From an uncultured Lentisphaeraceae bacterium (GTDB lineage Bacteria; Verrucomicrobiota; Lentisphaeria; Oligosphaerales; Oligosphaeraceae), in assembly GCA_964407145.1 (NCBI GenBank), contig CAYOUR010000002.1, positions 1 to 53,408 of the forward strand: a DNA stretch of 53,408 nt, in the 5' to 3' direction. Position numbers and translations under genes: made by a program. The notes below the pieces were generated by a model that was given only the letters and a program-made list of their open reading frames with translations, searched no databases and was not told the DNA's origin. Shown here one piece after another: positions 18,847-27,980 of this stretch (position 1 is the first letter of the stretch; the number at the start of each line of letters is the position of its first letter).

Positions 18847-18890
18847 GGGAGAGCCTGGCGCGTGGTCGCCGGCGTCAGGCTTTCGTTCCC
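18847..18890 (-). promoter_or_regulatory. Stem-loop in the putative 5' leader of the MATE gene
   Basis: On the minus strand GGGAacgaaAGCCTG-18 nt-CAGGCTcTCCC forms an 11-bp interrupted stem about 50-90 nt upstream of the start. A TATAT-containing -10 candidate lies near 18905. I recognise no riboswitch class. Confidence 0.3.
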
Positions 18891-19121
18891 GGGCAAAGCA
18901 CATACCATATATCGGAAATCTGGATTTGTTACTGGCCCGGGTGCGAATTGTGATGTTTTCAGGTAATCGGCCAGCCATTGACAGAGCCCATCCGAAAAGC
19001 CTGCCCATAGCGTCAGCAACCTTTCTCGTGAAGGCGGCTGATCCGCATTTTCGCGGCCCGTTCCGGGGCGGTTATGTTGTCTCGCCTCTGCGTGGCTCCT
19101 TTCGGGAAAAAGCGTCATTTT

Positions 19122-19156
19122 CAGGGCGGCGCGGTCTTGCGGCCGCTTGCCCTGGG
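19122..19156 (+). repeat. GC-rich hairpin followed by a T-run; near-copy of the MITE apex hairpin
   Basis: cagggcggcgc-N11-gcttgccctggg here compares with cagggcggcgc-N10-gcttgccctggg at 15592-15628. It is followed by cttttgtgtt and a second hairpin ctgcggg-ccg-cccgcag. Confidence 0.55.
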
Positions 19157-19513
19157 CTTTTGTGTTGCGGTTCTGCGGGCCGCCCGCAGGTGGGGTGTTG
19201 CCTGACCCTGACGGCGTGGCTTCTCAGAGTGCTGGTGCCTGGCACTGTTCTGATGATCCCGGCGGGGCCGTTGCGGCTCGGCGTCGGCGAGGGAAATACG
19301 CCCCGGGCAGACGCCAAGCCACTACGGCCTGCCAGTTTCAATGGGTGATCGATTACGGTCCTGCCGGCGCAATGGCGCTGACAGGCTGGCGGGGTGCGGG
19401 GCGAAGAGTATATTTTACGTCAACCCAATGGGGGCAACGATAGTTCAGGATGATTTCCGAAAGGTTGGAATAATGCAGCTGGCGTCCGGGCGCTGCGGGC
19501 AAAGGATGAAGTC

Positions 19514-20539
19514 ATGTGTGTATGGACGGGTTACATCGGGCCGCGTGACGCGGCGTCAGAGGCATTCGGGATGCTTCAACGCATCGAAGGGCTGTGGAGC
19601 GGCTTTTACACCGGCCTGGCTGTGCTTGGCGAGGACGGCTGTCTCCGCCACGCCAAGACGGTGGGGTACTCCCGGCATTGGTTGGAGCAGTATCGACTGG
19701 ATGGCTATCCGGGTCATGTCGGTCTGGCGCACAGCCGGACGAACAGCGGCGGCGGCCGGGAATGGGCCCATCCTTTTGTCAGCGCCGAGGGGCGTCTTGC
19801 CCTGGTGGCGCAGGGTTCTCCAGGGGTTTTTGCCGGCAGCAAGCAGGTGCTGGAAGCGTGGGGCAATCGGCTTCTGGCGGAGGGCCGGCGTTTTACCAGC
19901 GCGGTTCCGAAGCGTACGGGCCGTTATCCCGTCTTGGCGGATGACACTGAAGTGCACAGCAGCGAAATTCATGAGGAGGCGACGGACAGCGAGTACCAGG
20001 TCTGCGGCGACCACCGCCAGGCCGTGACCCGGGTCGGTTCGGAGCTGTCTTCGGAGGCCATCTACGCCATGCTGTTTCAGGATTGCGCGGACACGCTATG
20101 GCTTGCCAATGTCAACCAGCGCTGCGTCATCGGCTTTGCCCCGGGAGAAGTTTTTCTGGCGACGTCCGTCCTGGCTTTTCCCGATCGGGTGGAGCGGTTT
20201 AAGGAGTTGCCGGGAAACACGGTTGCGGCCGTTCGGGTGGCGGGTGTGAGTCAGCAGCCGTTGTCCCCGCGTTATGAGGGTGTTGCGGCGCCGCCGGCAG
20301 GGCTGGAGGAGGCCTTTGTCGCGTATCTGGCCGGGCATCCCGGGGCCTTGCTGGGGCACATTGTCGACCAGGCGATCAAGCCGTGCTATCCGGGAAGCGG
20401 CCTGCGCCGCACCGGCACGGCTGGATACCGGATTCTGGAAGGCCTGGAGCGGCGTGGCCGGATTGATTTCGCATCTGCCGAGCATTGGAATCCCGACGGC
20501 AGCTGCGGTCTGCTGACCAGGCTGACTCTGCGTGGCTGA
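19514..20539 (+). CDS. Class II (Ntn-type) glutamine amidotransferase-like protein
   Basis: Starts MC(V)W with Cys2 as the putative N-terminal nucleophile, followed by HVGLAHSRTNSGG, which resembles GATase_2. The C-terminal half is unassigned. AAGGATGAA lies upstream. Confidence 0.55.
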   Translation: MCVWTGYIGPRDAASEAFGMLQRIEGLWSGFYTGLAVLGEDGCLRHAKTVGYSRHWLEQYRLDGYPGHVGLAHSRTNSGGGREWAHPFVSAEGRLALVAQGSPGVFAGSKQVLEAWGNRLLAEGRRFTSAVPKRTGRYPVLADDTEVHSSEIHEEATDSEYQVCGDHRQAVTRVGSELSSEAIYAMLFQDCADTLWLANVNQRCVIGFAPGEVFLATSVLAFPDRVERFKELPGNTVAAVRVAGVSQQPLSPRYEGVAAPPAGLEEAFVAYLAGHPGALLGHIVDQAIKPCYPGSGLRRTGTAGYRILEGLERRGRIDFASAEHWNPDGSCGLLTRLTLRG

Positions 20540-20590
20540 CGGAGCGCTGCGGCCCACTCGACAGGCAAAACCGGGCTGACCGCATGGCGG

Positions 20591-23500
20591 TCATTTGGCG
20601 TCGGGTTGCGGGTGGCAGAGGGCGCCGACCGGGCAGATGTCAATCAGTTCTTCGGCCAGGTTTTCGGTGGCCTGTTCCCAGGACTGCCCCCAGGGAGGGG
20701 CGACTTCCGTGTATCCGCCGCGGTGGTGGAAGCAGAGTCCGGCGCCGCGTTGCCGGGACAGGGCCACGCAGCGTCCGCAGAGCACGCATCGTTCCGGGAA
20801 GAAGGCGAGCCTGGCGGTCCGAATGACCGTGGTCGCGGGCGGGTTGGGTGACGACTTGCGGGCGCGGAACGTACGCATCAGGCGACGGAGCAGGCAGGGG
20901 TCTTTTTTGGCGCAGGCCGAGCAGCGCAGGTCATGCCGGTCCAGCAGCAGCTCAACGGCGCGGCGCCGGAACGCCGCCACCCGTGGCGTTTCATTTTCAT
21001 AGGAATGGCCGGCAACCGCCAGGGTGTCGCAGGCCGGCACGAACAGGTCAAGGGCCTGGTCATAGACCGAACAGACCAGGCAGCGGGCGTTTTCCTGACA
21101 GCCCGGCAGATGGCACAGGGTCGGGATGGCGACGCCATGGGCGGCGGCCAGCTGCAGGATGGTCTGGCCTTCCTGCCAGGGGACGGTTGCACTGTCCAGC
21201 CAGATGACCTTGTCCTGACCGGCCAGGGGCGGGACGGCCAGGACTTCGTCGGCGGTTTCCAGCGGTGCGGTGGCTTCTTCCGGCGTGTTGGCGGTTTCTG
21301 CCGGTGGCGGCGCCGTCGCGGGGCGGCCCGGGGAGACGGCGATGACGGCGTGCCGGGGGCAGAGGTCGCGGCAGACGCCGCAGCGGACGCAGAGGTCCTG
21401 GTTGATGCGGTGTTGTTCAAAAGGCGTGAAGGGGATGGCGGCGGCGGCGCAGTTCTGGGCGCATTTGGTGCAGCCGATGCAGTCTTCCGTGATTTCGAAC
21501 CGGCTCAATTCGCGGCATTTGCCGGTTGGGCAGGCCCCTTGGAGGTGGGCCTCGAACTCTTCGCGGAAATAGCGGATGGCGCTGAGGATCATGTTGGGCG
21601 CGGTTCGTCCCAGTCCGCAGAGGGCGCCCTGGCGGAGGTGGTGGGCCAGCGCCTGGATGTCCTCCAGGACGTGGGTGGGCTGGGGGGTGTCATGGCGTCG
21701 GGTCAGGCTGACGACCATGGCGTGGAGCCGCCGCAGTCCTTCCCGGCAGAGCGTGCATTTGCCGCAGGACTCGCCGCGGGTGAAGTCGAGAAAATAGGCC
21801 GCGATGTCGACCAGGCAGTCGCGTTCGTCGAGGACGACCAGGCCGCCGGAGCCCATCATGGCGCCATGGGCGGTGAGGGCTTCGTAGTCGACCGGCAAGT
21901 CGAAATGCCCGGCGGGCAGGCATCCTCCGGACGGCCCGCCGATGAGCACCGCCTTGAGTTGGTGGCCGTCCTCGGCGCCGCCGCCGATGTCTTCGACGAT
22001 GGTGCGGATGGATGTCCCCATCGGCACTTCGATCAGTCCGCCGCGCCGGACTTTTCCGGCCAGGGCGAAGGTCTTGGTTCCGGCGGAGGTGGCTGTTCCG
22101 AGGTTGGCGAAGGCCGCTCCGCCGTGGCGGACGATCCAGGGCACGCAGGCGAAGGTTTCGACATTGTTGATCAGGGTGGGCTGCCCGAACAGTCCGGCCG
22201 TGGTCGGGAAGGGCGGCCGTCGGCGTGGGATGCCGCGGCGTCCTTCCAGGGATTCCAGCAGGGCGGTTTCCTCGCCGCAGACGAAGGCTCCGGCGCCGCG
22301 GAAGAGGACGATGTCAAAGTCCGGATTCAGGCGGGCGAGCAGGCCCTGGTCGCGGCACCGGTCAATGGCCCTGGTCAGGGTGTCGATGGCCTGGGTGTAT
22401 TCTTCGCGGATGTAGATGACGGCGTCCTGGGCGCCGATGACGCGGGCGGCGATGAGGATGCCTTCCAGGACGCGGAACGGAAATGATTCCAGGAGCATGC
22501 GGTCCATGAAGGCTCCGGGGTCGCCCTCGTCGGCGTTGCAGATGACGACTTTGCCGGGGGCTGCGGTTTCCCGGGCAAGCCGCCATTTGCGGGCGGTGGG
22601 GAAGCCGGCGCCGCCGCGGCCGCGCAGCCGGGCCGTTTCCAGCTGCTGCAGGATGGCCTCTGACGACGAGTTCAGGGCCGTGTCCAGGGCGGCGAAGCCG
22701 CCGTGGCGGCAGTAGTCGTCCAGATCGAGCGGCGAGGATTCGCCGCCGCGCTCGGTGGCAATGGCCCGGCCGCCGCCGGTTCCGCCATCACCGCCTTTAC
22801 TGCCTTTGGCGTGGTCTACGGCGGCGGCTTTGGCGCAGTCCTGGTCTTGTTCGCGGTCGGTGGTTTGGCAGGGGCAGGAGGCCTGGCCGGCATAGAGTGC
22901 GTCGAGCATGGAAAGGGCGTGCCAGCGCAGGTTGGCCAGGGCGCCCTGCGGGGAGAAGTGTTCGTGAAGCAGTCGCGGGACCATGTCCGGCTGGACGTGG
23001 GGATAGTGGAAGACGTGTCCATTGCTGGCGATGGTGACTTCCGGCGCGCGGAAGGACTTGCCGGTGCAGCTGACTTCCCGGACGCGCACGGGCAGGCCGT
23101 GCCGGGCGACTTCGCGGCGCAGGTTCTGCCAGACGTTGCCGGCGCCGGCGGCCCGGCAGGACGAGCAGCGGCAGAGGCGCGCCTCCGCGCCGCCGTCGCT
23201 GTTGCCGGCGTGGCGTTGGGGGGTATTGCTGCGGGCGTCGTGAGCGGCTGTCTGCTCTTCGAGTATGGCTTGCCGGAAAGCGCTGATCACATCGGGGACG
23301 GTGGCCGGTTCGACCCAGCCGAAGATATGGTCGTCGATCTGCACGGCGACAGCCAGCATGCAGCAGCCCAGGCAGGCCACCTTGGTGACGGTGAACCGGC
23401 CCTGGTCGTCGGTGTCCTCTTCGCCGGTGATGGCCAGTTCGCGCCGGAAGGCGTCATAGACTTTTTCGGCGCCTTTGACGTGGCAGGCCGCGCCGACGCA

Positions 23501-23683
23501 GACGCGGACCAGGTGTTTTCCGGCCGGTTTGGTTCGGAAGCCGCTGTAGAAGGTCGCCGCCGAGGTGATGGCGGCCATGCCGACGCCGGTTTCCCGGGCC
23601 AGGGCGGTCAGTTCCGGCAGGGGCAGGTAGCCGAATTGTCGCTGGATGGCATTGAGCCGCGGCAGGAGGTCGTTGACGATCAT
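20591..23683 (-). CDS. Fused NADH dehydrogenase module: NuoE-like [2Fe-2S] + thioredoxin-like ferredoxin + NuoF (FMN/NADH) + 2x[4Fe-4S] + NuoG N-terminal FeS domain (1030 aa)
   Basis: RVCVGAACHVKGAEKV is NuoE-like. LRGRGGAGFPTARKW...ICNADEGDPGAFMDR is NuoF. CIGCTKCAQNC and CVRCGVCRDLCP are ferredoxin motifs. CHLPGCQENARCLVCSV...HDLRCSACAKK...CVLCGRCV is NuoG-N-like. The start is moved to MIVNDLL at 23683 and overlaps the upstream stop as ATGA. Confidence 0.85.
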   Translation of the reverse strand: MIVNDLLPRLNAIQRQFGYLPLPELTALARETGVGMAAITSAATFYSGFRTKPAGKHLVRVCVGAACHVKGAEKVYDAFRRELAITGEEDTDDQGRFTVTKVACLGCCMLAVAVQIDDHIFGWVEPATVPDVISAFRQAILEEQTAAHDARSNTPQRHAGNSDGGAEARLCRCSSCRAAGAGNVWQNLRREVARHGLPVRVREVSCTGKSFRAPEVTIASNGHVFHYPHVQPDMVPRLLHEHFSPQGALANLRWHALSMLDALYAGQASCPCQTTDREQDQDCAKAAAVDHAKGSKGGDGGTGGGRAIATERGGESSPLDLDDYCRHGGFAALDTALNSSSEAILQQLETARLRGRGGAGFPTARKWRLARETAAPGKVVICNADEGDPGAFMDRMLLESFPFRVLEGILIAARVIGAQDAVIYIREEYTQAIDTLTRAIDRCRDQGLLARLNPDFDIVLFRGAGAFVCGEETALLESLEGRRGIPRRRPPFPTTAGLFGQPTLINNVETFACVPWIVRHGGAAFANLGTATSAGTKTFALAGKVRRGGLIEVPMGTSIRTIVEDIGGGAEDGHQLKAVLIGGPSGGCLPAGHFDLPVDYEALTAHGAMMGSGGLVVLDERDCLVDIAAYFLDFTRGESCGKCTLCREGLRRLHAMVVSLTRRHDTPQPTHVLEDIQALAHHLRQGALCGLGRTAPNMILSAIRYFREEFEAHLQGACPTGKCRELSRFEITEDCIGCTKCAQNCAAAAIPFTPFEQHRINQDLCVRCGVCRDLCPRHAVIAVSPGRPATAPPPAETANTPEEATAPLETADEVLAVPPLAGQDKVIWLDSATVPWQEGQTILQLAAAHGVAIPTLCHLPGCQENARCLVCSVYDQALDLFVPACDTLAVAGHSYENETPRVAAFRRRAVELLLDRHDLRCSACAKKDPCLLRRLMRTFRARKSSPNPPATTVIRTARLAFFPERCVLCGRCVALSRQRGAGLCFHHRGGYTEVAPPWGQSWEQATENLAEELIDICPVGALCHPQPDAK

Positions 23684-25398
23684 GGCGCGGTCTCCAGGCA
23701 GAGCAGGCGGTTGTCCGTGGTGCGGATGATGATTCTGGCCTGGGCGAAGGCCGGGATGGCCACGACCTGGGCGCCCAGGTCGTGTTCGGCGGTCAGGATG
23801 AAACGGTCCGGGGACGGTTCGACGACCAGGAGCTTGCCGTCCAGGTTGACCGCGATGATTTTGCCGTCGACGACGACCGGTGAAGCATAGAAGCCGTTGT
23901 CGAAGTTTTCCTCGAAGACCTCCTCGCCGGTGGTGGCGTTGAGGGCGATGACGCTGCCGCCGCTGGTGAACAGGTACATGGTGTTTTGGGCGACGACCGG
24001 TGAAGCCACGTCCGGCATGGGCACATTGTGGTTCTGCCAGCGCGGGGTCGGGCTGAGGGGCTCGAAGGCCGCCGCGACGGCGCCGGAGTTGGCGAAGAAG
24101 AACAGTCCCAGGTCGGGGAAGGCTGAGGTCGCCACTTCGCCGCCCAGACATTCATTTTCCCAGAGCTGCCTGCCGGTATTGAGGTCGAAGGCCTCGGCCT
24201 TGGCGTTGCCGGCGGTGAAGAGGACGGGCGTGCCCTCGGGGGTGACCAGCAAAGACGGCGAGGACCAGGAGGTGGCGGAGGGTCGGGAGGTTTTCCAGAG
24301 CGTCTTGCCGGTGGTCGTGTCCAGGGCCAGGATTGTCTGCTGCTTTTCCGTGTCGTGCTGAAGTACGAGGGTGTTTCCGGCCAGGAGGGGCGAGGAGGCG
24401 TAGCCGTAGAGGATTTCGAAGTCCGGCAGCTGGCTGGTCCAGCGCCGGTTGCCCTGGTGGTCGAAGGCGACGATCTGGCCGGTGGCAAAGACGGCGAAGA
24501 CGCCGGTGTCATCAACGGCGGCGGTCGGCGCGGCGTAGCCGGTGTCGTCGGTGACGGCCGGGACTTTGGCGGCGCGGTCAACGGCGCCGGTCCAGAGCAG
24601 GCGGCCGTCGTCCAGGCTGAAGCAGTAAACGGCCCGGGACTGCCGGTCGCCGCCGGTCAGGAAAATGCGGTTTTCCCAGACGACCGGCGAGCTGTAGCCC
24701 GGCAGGGGGATTTTGGTCGACCAGGCGACCGTGAGGTCCCATTTGGCCGGCAGGCGGTTCCGGTTGGGGAGGACGGAGCCGCGGAAGCCAGGCCAGAATT
24801 CGGCGGCCCGTTCCAGGGCTTCGCCGAGGGGGAGGGTCGGGGTGGCGTCCGTGGCTGGCTGGTCCGGCCCGTTGCCGCGGGTTTGTTCATGGTCCGGGCT
24901 GGTTGCCGCCGCCGCCGTCAGTCGTCGTGGCCGGCTGGCGTCGCGGAGGGTGTTGGCGGCGAGGGCGATGACGACGACGGCCAGGCACGCGGCCAGTCCG
25001 TGGCGCAGGCAGGTGTTCTGGCGGAGGCGTTTCGCGGCCGGCGCGCCGGACGGTTTTTTCAGTTCATGGCTGCTGGTGACGGCCATGACCGCGGCGCCGG
25101 TGAGGAAGGCGATCAATCCGGCTGCGGCCAGGGCGCGGCCGAGGTCCATGCGGTCATGGTGGCGGAAGTAGGTCTGCCGGTACAGGAGGTCGAGTTCACG
25201 GATGACGTTGACGAAGTTTTGGTCGGCCGCCTTCTGGCCGATTTGGCTGCGCAGGTCCTGGAGGATGGCCTCGGTGTCCGGCAGCGCCTGGCGGGCCCGG
25301 TGGGTTTCGGCGGCCAGGAGGCAGCCCAGCAGAATCAGGAAAGCCAGGGCGACCAGGCAGAGATTCCGGCTGAGGTTGTACAGGAGGGAGCGATTCAT
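23680..25398 (-). CDS. PQQ-like (BamB-type) beta-propeller repeat protein, N-terminal membrane anchor
   Basis: TM segment LCLVALAFLILLGCLLAA, then FWPGFRGS...GYSSPVVWENRIFLTG and repeated propeller blades. The start is moved to MNRSLLY at 25398. Confidence 0.8.
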   Translation of the reverse strand: MNRSLLYNLSRNLCLVALAFLILLGCLLAAETHRARQALPDTEAILQDLRSQIGQKAADQNFVNVIRELDLLYRQTYFRHHDRMDLGRALAAAGLIAFLTGAAVMAVTSSHELKKPSGAPAAKRLRQNTCLRHGLAACLAVVVIALAANTLRDASRPRRLTAAAATSPDHEQTRGNGPDQPATDATPTLPLGEALERAAEFWPGFRGSVLPNRNRLPAKWDLTVAWSTKIPLPGYSSPVVWENRIFLTGGDRQSRAVYCFSLDDGRLLWTGAVDRAAKVPAVTDDTGYAAPTAAVDDTGVFAVFATGQIVAFDHQGNRRWTSQLPDFEILYGYASSPLLAGNTLVLQHDTEKQQTILALDTTTGKTLWKTSRPSATSWSSPSLLVTPEGTPVLFTAGNAKAEAFDLNTGRQLWENECLGGEVATSAFPDLGLFFFANSGAVAAAFEPLSPTPRWQNHNVPMPDVASPVVAQNTMYLFTSGGSVIALNATTGEEVFEENFDNGFYASPVVVDGKIIAVNLDGKLLVVEPSPDRFILTAEHDLGAQVVAIPAFAQARIIIRTTDNRLLCLETAP

Positions 25399-25444
25399 GG
25401 TCTGAGGCAGTCTGGCTTCGGGAGTGAGGTGGGCGGTGTCGCGG

Positions 25445-26068
25445 TCAGCGGATGAAGTTGGTCTGGGTGCGTTGTTCGAGGATGGGTCTGGGCACCTTGC
25501 CCTTGGCGTTGTCAATGCATTTCAGCAGCCAGGCCATGTTGCGGGCCAGGGTGCGCAGGGTCTGCTGGCCCTCCAGGTCGGCCTTGCCCTCTTCGGGCGT
25601 CAGGCCATGCATTGAATTCCAGTACTGCGAGGATACGACCGGCATGTTGGACATGGTGAAGTACTTGTTGAGCCGGTCGAAGGCGGCGCTGGCGCCGCCG
25701 CGGCGGCAGTTGACGACCGCGGCGGCCGGCTTGAAGGCGAAGGCGTAGTAGCGGGAGAAGAACATCCGGTCGAGGAAGGCGCACAGCGAGCCGTTGGGGC
25801 CGGCGAAGTACACGGGCGAGCCGACGATCAGGCCGTCCGCCCGGCACAGGCGTTCGGCGGCCTCGTTGACCAGGTCTCCGGTGAAGATGCAGCCGTTGCC
25901 GGTTTTGCGGCAGGCGCCGCAGGCGGTGCAGGCCTGGATCGGCTTGTCGCTGATATGCAGCAGATGCGTGTCGACGCCTTCCTGCTGCAGCTGGTCGGCG
26001 ACGGTCTGCAGGGCGGCGCTGGTGCAGCCATTGCGGCGGGGGCTGCCATTGATGAGCAGGACATTCAT
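25445..26068 (-). CDS. Iron-sulfur flavoprotein (Isf) / NADPH-dependent FMN reductase family
   Basis: MNVLLINGSPRRNGCT flavodoxin-like start. Compact CTACGACRKTGNGC (Cx2Cx2Cx6C) cluster motif. GGAGAAAA SD upstream. Confidence 0.8.
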   Translation of the reverse strand: MNVLLINGSPRRNGCTSAALQTVADQLQQEGVDTHLLHISDKPIQACTACGACRKTGNGCIFTGDLVNEAAERLCRADGLIVGSPVYFAGPNGSLCAFLDRMFFSRYYAFAFKPAAAVVNCRRGGASAAFDRLNKYFTMSNMPVVSSQYWNSMHGLTPEEGKADLEGQQTLRTLARNMAWLLKCIDNAKGKVPRPILEQRTQTNFIR

Positions 26069-26142
26069 GTGGTTTTCTCCAGGGGCAGATGGGTTGAGCG
26101 ATGACGGTGGGGGAGACTGGGAAGGGCGGGGCGTTGCCGGCG

Positions 26143-27438
26143 CTACGTGTTCGCCGGCGGGGCGGAGTTGCTGGCGGCTGCGGCGGCGGGCTGGCTCCGG
26201 CTCGGGCGCCGTTGCCGGGCCTGTTCGACCGGGCAGAGTGCGAAGCAGCGGCCGCAGACCAGGCAGAGGGTCTGGTCGATTTCATAGGTCCGCCGTTCCG
26301 GGTGGCGTCTGGCCAGGGCGATCAGTTCGGCCATGACGACGAGGGCCAGGACGGCGCCGGCGCCGGTCATGCCGAAGCGCGCGGTGCGTTCGGCCTGCCA
26401 GGCGGCCTGGCGCAGTTCCGTTTCCGGCCGTCCGGAGACGATGAAGGCGATGACGGCTTCGGAGTCGCTGAATTCGTCGAGTTCCCTGACCAGGGCCACG
26501 TCCGGGTTGGTGGTGGCGAGCAGTGGCGCCAGGGCGAAGCCGAGCCAGGCGCCGGCGGCGAGGGCCAGGGGCGTCATCGTCAGCAGCCGTTTGACGCGTT
26601 CCCGGCCGCGGGCGTGTTTTTCGGGCCAGTTGGGCGGTTCCGGTGCCAGGATGGCGCCATTGGGGCAGGTCTGTTCGCACAGTCGGCAGTTGACGCAGTC
26701 GCCATGGGTGATGGTGAGTCTTTTGACGCTGAACAGCGTGAGGAAGCGGAGCAGCACGCCATACGGGCAGAGATAGCGGCAGAAGGGCCTGGAGACAAAG
26801 ACGCCAATGGCGAGCAGGACCACGCCGAGATACACGGCCGGAGCCGCAAAGGTGAAGGTGAAGATGGGGAAGAACGGGTCCAGCTGACAGAGGTGAAAGG
26901 CGCCGCCGGCCGCGGCGGCCACAACGGACAGCAGGAGAATCAGCACGGGCAGGAACCGCAGCAGGCGGTCCAGGGCCATGGGCACGCGAACGGTTTTCAG
27001 GTGGACGAGTTCCTGGATGGCGCCGAGGGGGCAGCCGCCGATGCAGAACAGCCGTCCAAACAGCAGGGCGGTGGCGAGCGGCAGGACGACCAGGAGGGTG
27101 AGAGTGAGGGGCAAGGCGTTGTCGCCGGCCAGGGCGGCGGCCAGGTTGAGATGCAACCCGACCGGGCAGGGGCAGGGGCGCAGCCAGAAGCCGCTGACGA
27201 TCAGGGTGAGGCCGGAAAGCGCGAGCAGGGCGCGGCGGGATTTCAGGCGATGGGCGGCCAGCCCGGCCAGGAGCATCAGGCCGACCAGGATGGCGACCCT
27301 GACCCACCCGTCGTCAAACAACGACGGTTCCAGGTCCATGAGCGGTTCGGTGTAGTCCTGGAATTCGGGTTTGGGGAATCTGGCCTGGGCGGTGATTTGC
27401 GCCAGGGTGGGCAGGAGCCAGGCGGGCAGGACCATCAT
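26143..27438 (-). CDS. NapH/NosH/CcoG-like integral-membrane polyferredoxin
   Basis: Two CX3CP motifs (CIGGCPLG, CRYLCPYG) between TM helices. CVNCRLCEQTCP and CLVCGRCFALCP 4Fe-4S motifs. GGAGGTG SD upstream. Confidence 0.8.
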   Translation of the reverse strand: MMVLPAWLLPTLAQITAQARFPKPEFQDYTEPLMDLEPSLFDDGWVRVAILVGLMLLAGLAAHRLKSRRALLALSGLTLIVSGFWLRPCPCPVGLHLNLAAALAGDNALPLTLTLLVVLPLATALLFGRLFCIGGCPLGAIQELVHLKTVRVPMALDRLLRFLPVLILLLSVVAAAAGGAFHLCQLDPFFPIFTFTFAAPAVYLGVVLLAIGVFVSRPFCRYLCPYGVLLRFLTLFSVKRLTITHGDCVNCRLCEQTCPNGAILAPEPPNWPEKHARGRERVKRLLTMTPLALAAGAWLGFALAPLLATTNPDVALVRELDEFSDSEAVIAFIVSGRPETELRQAAWQAERTARFGMTGAGAVLALVVMAELIALARRHPERRTYEIDQTLCLVCGRCFALCPVEQARQRRPSRSQPAAAAASNSAPPANT

Positions 27439-27980
27439 GGGGCCACCTCCCCGGGGATGTTTTTGAAGATGTATGGCTGATCAGCCGGTACTTTGACGAA
27501 GGCCTGTGCCGGGCAGGTCAGGGCGATCTGGCATTGGTTGCAGTTGAGGCAGAGGCCATGCCGGACCTGCAGAAACAGCGAGCCGTTGCCGAAGGAGGCG
27601 CAGCCTTTGACGCATTTTCCGCAGCCGATGCAGAGTTCCTCGTCGATTTTGTATTCGAAGTACGGGTCTTCGACGAAGGTGCGGACGATGGCGCCGGTTG
27701 GGCAGCGCTGGTTTTCGGCGGCGGTATCGAAGTCAACGCGGTCGTCATGGTAGTAGCCGCTGCAGAAGTCGCAGTAGCCGCAGCTGGCATATTGATGGAC
27801 GCATTTGACCGCGGAGGGTTTTTTGACGCAGGCGGTGGCGCAGTTGCCGCACTGGATGCATTTTTCCGGGTCGATCTGCCAGTAGGTGCGGGGTGGTGGG
27901 GGGCGTTTGCGCAGGAGGTTGAGGACCGGCAGGGCCAGCGCCGTTCCCAGCAGATATTGAAAGAAGTGTCGTCGGTTCAT
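27435..27980 (-). CDS. Tat-signal poly-[4Fe-4S] ferredoxin (NapG-like periplasmic FeS protein)
   Basis: MNRRHFFQYLLGTALALPV is a twin-arginine signal. CIQCGNCATAC, CIGCGKCVKGC and CLNCNQCQIALTCP motifs. ATGA overlaps occur at both ends (27435-38 and 27977-80). Confidence 0.8.
   Translation of the reverse strand: MNRRHFFQYLLGTALALPVLNLLRKRPPPPRTYWQIDPEKCIQCGNCATACVKKPSAVKCVHQYASCGYCDFCSGYYHDDRVDFDTAAENQRCPTGAIVRTFVEDPYFEYKIDEELCIGCGKCVKGCASFGNGSLFLQVRHGLCLNCNQCQIALTCPAQAFVKVPADQPYIFKNIPGEVAP

Noticed and set aside
23684-24151. N-terminal extensions of track ORFs: the first 156 aa of 20591..24151, and likewise 34729-35451, 35918-36262, 27981-28814 and 7383-7520
   Set aside because: The extensions are Arg/Pro-rich and overlap the 3' end of the upstream gene in another frame. 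Internal ATGs give canonical family N-termini, Tat signals or signal peptides, and ATGA-type coupling with the upstream stop.
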